Of a DNA stretch of 64,000 nt, positions 56,812-64,000 are shown one piece after another. The notes under the pieces are model-generated. The model did no database searches. It was not told the DNA's origin and saw nothing but the letters and a program-made list of their open reading frames with translations. Source of the stretch: Dictyostelium discoideum (taxonomy: Eukaryota); assembly GCA_000004695.1 (NCBI GenBank), contig CM000150.2:1-64000 (forward strand). The letters run 5' to 3'. A program made the position numbers and the translations under genes. Within the stretch, counting starts at the first letter, position 1. Every line of letters starts with the position of its first letter.

Positions 56812-57225
56812 ATTTTATTGTTGATATCTAAAATTATAATATGAGAAAAATAATAATATTAAAAATTAATAAAGAGAAATAATTATTTGTATAAAATTTG
56901 TGTGTGTGTGTATCTTAAATATATATAGGAGGAATTCCCAAATAAAATAAATCAAATTGTTTTAGTTTTTAGTGCCACTATTTATACGTTTTTATTTTCT
57001 TAAAAATTTCGCAAAATCAAAAAAATAAGAGTTTTCGACCCTTCACAACTTTGTGCATAGTGTCGGTTCGGAATTTTTCAGTTTTTCGACCTTGCGCAAT
57101 GATCGCGTCATTTTGCCGGTTCGAAATTTTTACTTTTCTTTCGAAAATTTTTTATTCTTCGAATGTTCTAGAACATTCTAAAAAATTATCTTAAATATTT
57201 GGGAAATTCAAATAAATAAATGTTA

Positions 57226-60200
57226 CAGTATCGTTTGATTTTCAACGACCCATCTTCTTGACAACGTGGAACGGAACGTTATTGGACAACAGCAGAGAAG
57301 CCATAGCGGAACGGGTAGAGTGAGATTTGAACTTGACAATATCAATGCCTGACTTTGAGAGCGTTGATAATACAATTGAGTTAATATCATTAACTTGGAG
57401 CGGTTCACCCTCATTCTTAATAAAGACAGAGTCACCCGAATGGGGCTTTCTTCTTCCTTTAGAGGCTCTAAGGTATGTTGCAAGGTGGCGAACAGGACAT
57501 ACTTGAGAGTTTGTATCATCTAACGAAGTTAATTCTAAGATTGAAACAACACCACTTCTTTGTTCTTTAGCATTAATAACTGGACCTTTGATTGAGTCAG
57601 GAGTAATAATGAGACCTTTGAACGACCACTTCACCAAGTCTGATGATCTTGCTAAACCAAACATTTTACAGAGTGCAAGTGTCTTGTTTAATAGCGCAGT
57701 GTATGTGTACTTAGGGATAACTTTGATAGTAGATAAGTGCTTGAATACTTGGTTTGCATCCCATATCTCTTTATACTTTGCAGATGAAGGACGCAACTTG
57801 TGAATACCAGTCATAATTCTTGTGATGAATGGATCATTAACAATATCAGTTTGATTCCTAAGGAGTAACAACTGATTCAACATAGAGCGATGACCGTTAA
57901 TTGTTGAGAAGGCTAACGGAGGTTTGTGCTTGAACAGATGTGTAAGATAATCCATGAAAACAACTAAGGTAATGTTTGCTGGATTCAAAGAGTTCAAAGT
58001 ACAGAAATTGCGGAATCTTGTATAACTGGAGCTATATACTTTGAGAGTGGAAGGTTCCCAAGACTTCATTAACAGCTCAGCTGTTTTTGTATTTGTTGTA
58101 CGAGCGAATGACATTACATGAGATTGGAAAGTTGAATAATCCCCAGTTTCCAACGTTGTTGAATCTGGATTGGTATCGACTCTACTGATTGTTTGGTCAA
58201 TACTTCTTGGAATGTTCCCAATACTTGAGGAAACATGTGACGATGATGACGAGGAACTTGAGCTTGAATCATCGGATACCAAGTTGCTGATCTCCAGATT
58301 GGGAAGATCAGTATTATAGAAACCTTCTTCGAACTGGATGAGTTCATCTTCTCCAGGATAGAAGGCAAAAGAATGGGTGGTGGAAAGGCCAGACATTGCT
58401 TCCATTGACTCCAATCGAGGTGGAGTGCATTCATTCTGATTGTTGAGTAGTTGTTCGTTTGATGGTTGAGGTGAGATGCGAACAGATCCATCTGTATTTG
58501 ACCGAATTGAAGTTGGATGCGATTGAACACTTCCTTCTTCAGTTGCCAGTTGTAACTCTTGATTACTCTGGACGATGATTTGTGATTCATCTCTGAAAGA
58601 CGACTGAGGTGGTCGGCTTTTACATTGAAGAATCCTGGAATATGCTCTCCAATCAAGTTCACTTTCTTCTTGAGGCATTGTTTCCAAAGTTGTTCGAATA
58701 GAACTGAGAGATCTTGTATTTGACCACCTTGGCGATTGATGTAAGAGAGAGTGGTAGTGTTGTCGGTTTGAATCTTCAGCTTGCAGTTGTTCAGTTTCCG
58801 ACATAGCGCTTGATAGGCCATCAGCAGCGCTAGCATTTCTCGACGATTTGACGACATGTTTGATTGAGTTATTGACCACTGGAATGACCAAGTTTTGATT
58901 ACCTTGTTTCCTTTCTTGAGAGTGGCACCTGCACCTGATTCCGAGGCATCGGTTGTAAGAACATAGTCGTAACTTGGAAACAGACTGATTTCTTTTCCAT
59001 TCCATTGGTTTAGAACTGTTAACCAATGTGAAATCTCTGACTTGACATCTTGAGGAATGGGGAATGATTGATCCCAATCTCCATTGGCTAGAGTCAGACA
59101 TTGAGAGTGAAACTTGTTTGTTCGACGAGTGTAAAGTCTGAATGGGATGACTGCATCCTTCAGTGCAATTAGCTTTCCTTTTAAACCAGCAAGCTTTCTT
59201 GGGGAACAACAATCTAGTTTTAAAAAGTTTCTTATTTCCTTGATGACACTTTTCTTCTTTTCTTTGGGAACAAGAAGCTTCATTGATACCGAATCGATTT
59301 GTAATCCGAGAAAAGTAATTGATTGAGTTGGTTCGAGAACACTCTTTTCTAGATTTAACTTGAAACCTAGTTTGACAAGTAAGTCCATTGTCTTTTTGAG
59401 GTTGGATAAACATTCTTCTTTTGTTGAACCGACGATTAATAGATCGTCCAAGTATGCGATGACGGATACGTTGATATCTCTCAACATTCGAAGTACAGGT
59501 CTTAACAACATTGTAAAGATACGAGGAGCTTTCGATAACCCGAACGGCATTGTTTTCCAACGGTAGTGCGAACCTTTCCACACGAAGCGGAATAAGTCTC
59601 TGTATTGTGGATCTACTAACACGTGTAGGTAAGCTTTCTTGATATCGAGTTTTACCATGTAATAACCTTGTTTGACCATTGATGGTAGATTCTTGATCCC
59701 TTCCATCTTGAATGATTGGTTGTTGATGTAAGTGTTTAACCTTTTTAAATCTAGAACTGGACGATGTAGATTCGTTCCAGGTTTTGGAACCGTAAACACG
59801 TTGGAGTAAAAAACGCGCTTTGAAAAACGGTTTGGAAGTACTTGTTCTATGGCATCGTCTAATAACAAGTCTTGTACTTCCTTTGTGATGCAATCTGATT
59901 TCGGACCCTCCGGAATTGAAATCGGAATTGGGTTTAGCATCGGCTTGAAATTTGGAAGTAGATGGATTTTTAATCCATTTACGATCTCTTGACAAAAGTT
60001 TGGAAGACCCAATTCTTTCCAAACTTGTTTGTGGTGGAACAGACGTCCACCTACTGGTAAGTTTACTTCTTGTTCTTCTGAAAACGGTTGTTGGTACCGT
60101 TTGCAGACTTGGTATTGTTGCTACCTGATGCAACACTACTTGGTGATCCATTGAAGTTGTTAGATCGGCCATTACTCCCACTACTGGATTTACTATTACT

Positions 60201-61510
60201 ACTGTTTCCTGTAGTGTTATTACCACTTGAGTTAACTAATTTCTTGACATTGGGCTTGGAATGATAATTCAATTTTAACAATGATTGTTTTGCTTCGTTG
60301 TTCTTTCTGATTGACTTGGCTAGCTTCCTTACACGTTCAGTTTCAGTTTCATCAAACATCTTTGGTGTATCCTTGATCTTAATTGGTAAGAGTACTTCAG
60401 AACCATAGATTTCTTTAGCGATGTTGTTACGACGGACACGACTAAGCGATGCTTGAGCATTAACGGCTAAGATGATTGCACTCTGAGTTAAGTAACTAAT
60501 AAGTTCTACATCGACATTAGAGCTATCAGATGATAACATACTTGATATGAGAAGCAAAGGTTTCAAGCTATCGTTGATTCGCTTTTCGACAATCAACAAG
60601 TCAGTATCATTGTTTTTGACGTTGGATGATACAGTAATACCTTCAGGTGTACCGAATGGAGCGACATTCACTTGGAAGTTAGATGGAAAGTTGAATACTT
60701 TATTCAATTCGGATATCTCATCTTTCTTGAGGATACATTCTTCTTCGACGAGTAAACCTTGATTGTTTACCATATGTTTGTACTGACCAAGTAAGGTATC
60801 GGATAATTGATAATCGGTTGGAACATCGACATTCTTACTTGATTCATCTTCACTTTGTTCATTCTCGGTGTCAGAGTTATCATGAGAAGGTTGGCTACGT
60901 GAATTGGTATTAGAAGAGAACATAGGTTCTTTCATGAATCTTGTAAAGGCTAAGGAAAGGTTGTTGATTTGATCCTCCATTGATTTCATTCTTGAATCAA
61001 AGGATTCAGCACTATTAGAGGCAGAGGTACTACTACTAGAGGCATCATTATTATTAACAGTGGCAGACATATTTTATTGTTGATATCTAAAATTATAATA
61101 TGAGAAAAATAATAATATTAAAAATTAATAAAGAGAAATAATTATTTGTATAAAATTTGTGTGTGTGTGTATCTTAAATATATATAGGAGGAATTCCCAA
61201 ATAAAATAAATCAAATTGTTTTAGTTTTTAGTGCCACTATTTATACGTTTTTATTTTCTTAAAAATTTCGCAAAACTCAAAAAAATAAGAGTTTTCGACC
61301 CTTCACAACTTTGTGCATAGTGTCGGTTCGGAATTTTTCAGTTTTTCGACTTTGTGCAATTATCGCGTCATTGTGCCGGTTCGAAATTTTTACTTTTCTT
61401 TCGAAAATTTTTTATTCTTCGAATGTTCTAGAACATTCTAAAAAATTATCTTAAATATTTGGGAAATTCAAATAAATAAATGTTATTCATAATATATATA
61501 TATATGATAA
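57226..61510 (-). mobile_element. DIRS-1 copy L: minus orientation, 3'-truncated (no right ITR); ORF1 and RT intact, recombinase ORF ends before the catalytic Tyr
   Basis: ORFs 60063..61070 (335 aa), 58114..60012 (632 aa) and 57242..60226 (994 aa, ending ...VVKKMGR then a TGA). Left ITR (reverse complement) 61071-61510. Confidence 0.85.
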
Positions 61511-62255
61511 TATAAATAAATTAAATTTTTAATTTATATTATCATATATATATATATATTATGAAATTTGGACAGTATTTAAGAAACCACCAGATTTTTC
61601 ACCAATGATTCTTTTATCGTAGAAGGTATCTACAGTATCGTTTGATTTCCAACGACCCATCTTCTTGACAACGTGGAACGGAACGTTATTGGACAACAGC
61701 AGAGAAGCCATAGCGGAACGGGTAGAGTGAGATTTGAACTTGACAATATCAATACCTGACTTTGAGAGTGTTGATAGTACAATTGAATTAATATCATTAA
61801 CTTGGAGCGGTTCACCCTCATTCTTAATAAAGACAGAGTCACCCGAATGGGGCTTTCTTCTTCCTTTAGAGGCTCTAAGGTATGTTGCAAGGTGGCGAAC
61901 AGGGCATACTTGAGAGTTTGTATCATCTAACGAAGTTAATTCTAAGATTGAAACAACACCACTTCTTTGTTCTTTAGCATTAATAACTGGACCTTTGATT
62001 GAGTCAATAGTAATAATGAGACCTTTGAACGACCACTTCACCAAGTCTGATGATCTTGCTAAACCAAACATTTTACAGAGTACAAGTGTCTTGTTTAATA
62101 ACGCAGTGTATGTGTACTTAGGGATAACTTTGATAGTAGATAAGTGCTTGAATACTTGGTTTGCATCCCATATCTCTTTATACTTTGCTGATGAAGGACG
62201 CAACTTGTGAATACCAGTCATAATTCTTGTAATGAATGGATCATTAACAATATCA
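61511..62255 (-). mobile_element. DIRS-1 copy M: 3' fragment (recombinase C-terminus plus ICR) abutting copy L's ITR and cut by the element X TIR
   Basis: ORF 61559..62221 (220 aa, one codon deleted). The ICR is fused directly to copy L's left ITR terminus. Confidence 0.8.
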
Positions 62256-62514
62256 CACAGCGGCGAAAATCAACACTTTAAAGCACCTTTAAATCCAAGT
62301 ACTCTTTTTAATATATATTAATAAGTATACTTAATAAGTAATACTTAATAAGTACACTTAATAAGTATACTTAATAAATATACTTTATAAGTACTACTTA
62401 ATAAGTACACTTATTAAGTATACTTATTAAGTATACTTATAAAGTATTACTTTTTAAGTATACTTATTAATATATATTAATAATTAATTATTTTTATTTT
62501 TTTTTTTAAAAAAT

Positions 62515-62660
62515 GTTTTGTGTGGGAATTGAACCCGTGACCTCCCTTCCTGAAGTTCCGTGGAAATGTTTTATGTGGGAATTTAACCATGACCTCCCTT
62601 CTGGAAGTTCCGGGGGAAAAAATGTTTTATATGGGAATCGAACCCTTGACCTCTACCTTA
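62515..62660 (-). repeat. Three tandem units of about 48 bp resembling tRNA 3' halves (T-arm or B-box GGGTTCAATTCCC / GGGTTCGATTCCC, then an acceptor-like 7-mer and a T-run)
   Basis: The minus strand reads ...GAGGTCACGGGTTCAATTCCCACACAAAACATTTTTT, ...GGTCATGGTTAAATTCCCACATAAAACATTT and ...GGTCAAGGGTTCGATTCCCATATAAAACATTTTTT. No 5' half or anticodon arm is present. Confidence 0.45.
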
Positions 62661-62759
62661 TTAATTTATCGTATTTCTATGTAAGCTATAGACACTTTGA
62701 TAATTTTCATTGAAAATAGCTATAATATGAATGTTAAAAAACTTCCAAGTAAAAAAAAA

Positions 62760-63289
62760 AAGAATGTGAAATAACTCTGTGGTTGTTGTATTATTGATAT
62801 TGCTGTATGTAATTTCTATTGCTGTTGCTGTATTAGTGATGTTGTATTATTATTGTTGCTTTATTATTGCTGTTGTTGTACTATTGATGTTGCTGTTTTA
62901 TTGATGTTGCAGTCCTAACTGTTGTTGTGTTGTTATTATGTTGTAATTATTGTTGTTGTCGCACCTGTTGTGTTCAGCTACAGTGTTGTTATTGTGTTGT
63001 TATTGTGTTGTAATTGATTTTGAAGTTGTTTTGTTATTGTGTTGTTATTGTGTTTGTTGTGTTGTTATTGTGTTGTTATTGTGTTTGTTGTGTTGTTATT
63101 GTGTTGTTATTGTGTTTTTTGTGTTGTTATTGTGTTGATTTCATTTTTCAATTGATTTTGCAGTTGTTGTTGTACCTGTTATTGTTTTATTGTTTTATGG
63201 TTGCACCTGTTGTGGTTTTTATTATTGTTGCTAAAATTGTTGGTGTGTGTTGTAGTTGTTTGTTCTGTGTATATATTCATAAAATTTTC

Positions 63290-63290
<1 letters not shown>
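62760..63290. repeat. GT-rich minisatellite (tgttgttattgtg-type units), then a poly-T tract at 63290-63340
   Basis: Direct reading. It produces the artefactual Cys/Val-rich ORFs 62950..63138 and 63014..63577. Confidence 0.8.
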
Positions 63291-63334
<44 letters not shown>

Positions 63335-64000
63335 ACTTTTTTCAATTTTTTCATTTTTTATTTTTTTTTTGCCGAAAAGGGAAAACATGCATGTTTAATT
63401 TTTAATTTTATTTTTTTTAATTTAATTTTATTTAATTCTTTTTTTTTTTTTGTATTTTTTTTTTTTTTTCATTTTTTTATTTCACTTTTTTATTTTTATT
63501 TTTTCATTTTTCATTTTTTTTTTTTCGCTTTTTTATTTCACTTTTTTATTTTTATTTTTTTAATTTATTTATTTTAAAAACATATTTGAAATGGATTTAA
63601 AAAAAGTGGATTGCATTATTTGTAAACAACCAATTAAATGTTTCAAAGATATAGTTATACATTTTATTAAACATAATGATCGTTGCCCAATTTGTTTAAG
63701 CAAATATACATCATTTTCAAAAATGTATGCTTTAACAGGTCATTATTATTCACAAGGTTGTAATAATAAAAAAAATAATATAAAGGGTGAACAAAAATTG
63801 CAAGATGAATTTTATCAGAGGTTATCAAAGATTACAGGCGATAATATTATATACCCAACCAACTTATCCGATGACCCTTTCAATCATATGAGCCAACAAA
63901 ATTTAAATGAAAATTTTATAATTGATGAGAATAATAATAATTTAGAAAATGAAAATGAAAATGAAAATAATTCATTTGAGGATATAGGAAATATATTAAA

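Larger units (their letters stand above)
51988..57225 (-). mobile_element. DIRS-1 copy K: near full length, minus orientation; ORF1 carries a 471-bp in-frame tandem duplication, RT frame broken, left ITR outer end missing
   Basis: ORF1 55333..56811 is 492 aa against 335 aa elsewhere, with residues of about 55-211 repeated. The antisense ORFs 55817..56032 and 56288..56503 are identical and 471 bp apart. RT is split (53678..55282 and 53390..53644). The ITR is cut at 57225. Confidence 0.85.
62256..64000 (+). mobile_element. Element X copy (iv): 5' end with TIR, subterminal repeats, tRNA-3'-half-like triplet, GT-rich minisatellite, and the start of the zinc-finger-containing ORF (runs past the window)
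   Basis: 5' TIR CACAGCGGCGAAAATCAACACTTTAAAGCACCTTTAAA at 62256; tacttaataagtatac repeats at 62300-62470; ORF ATG at 63601 (MDLKKVDCIICKQPIKCFKDIVIHFIKHNDRCPICL...), continuous into MSQQNLNENF..., the start of the 719-aa ORF in copy (iii). Confidence 0.7.

Noticed and set aside
62950-63577. ORFs 62950..63138 and 63014..63577 (Cys/Val/Leu/Phe-rich proteins)
   Set aside because: Translation artefacts of the GT-rich minisatellite and the poly-T tract. Low complexity, no start-codon context.

Overview
The window is extremely AT-rich and looks like a Dictyostelium discoideum repeat cluster of the kind found at centromere-proximal chromosome ends. It is dominated by about 13 nested, tandem or rearranged copies of the tyrosine-recombinase retrotransposon DIRS-1. 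Three are full length and two have all three reading frames intact (3404-8231 on +, 45650-50486 on -). The copies show the expected inverted terminal repeats (ITRs), an internal complementary region (ICR) next to the ORF end, and a heat-shock-element-like palindrome in each ITR. Interspersed with the DIRS-1 copies are: (i) a roughly 5.6 kb DNA transposon, here called element X, with CACAG... terminal inverted repeats, AT-rich subterminal repeats and a long ORF carrying an N-terminal zinc-finger-like motif and a CACTA/En-Spm (Tnp2-like) transposase motif; (ii) a family of roughly 750 bp non-autonomous derivatives of element X with the same TIRs, 2-bp target duplications and a tRNA-like, B-box-containing core (called 'the MITEs' below; MITE = miniature inverted-repeat transposable element); (iii) a degenerate Harbinger/PIF-like DDE transposase; (iv) a degenerate Ty3/gypsy (Skipper-like) pol fragment; (v) oligo(A)-terminated repeat ends; (vi) satellite-like tandem arrays beside an N gap. 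Four islands of clearly higher G+C (17570-20250, 26866-27830, 44790-45649, 50487-51585) are foreign-looking. One carries a T4-type large-terminase Walker A motif (SRQTGKT), one shows bacterial/phage operon syntax, and one holds frameshifted coiled-coil ORFs. These are either captured foreign DNA or assembly chimeras. No bona fide rRNA, CRISPR or clean tRNA gene could be supported. One host-like ORF (15214-17011, - strand) is split by a MITE three codons after its putative ATG.
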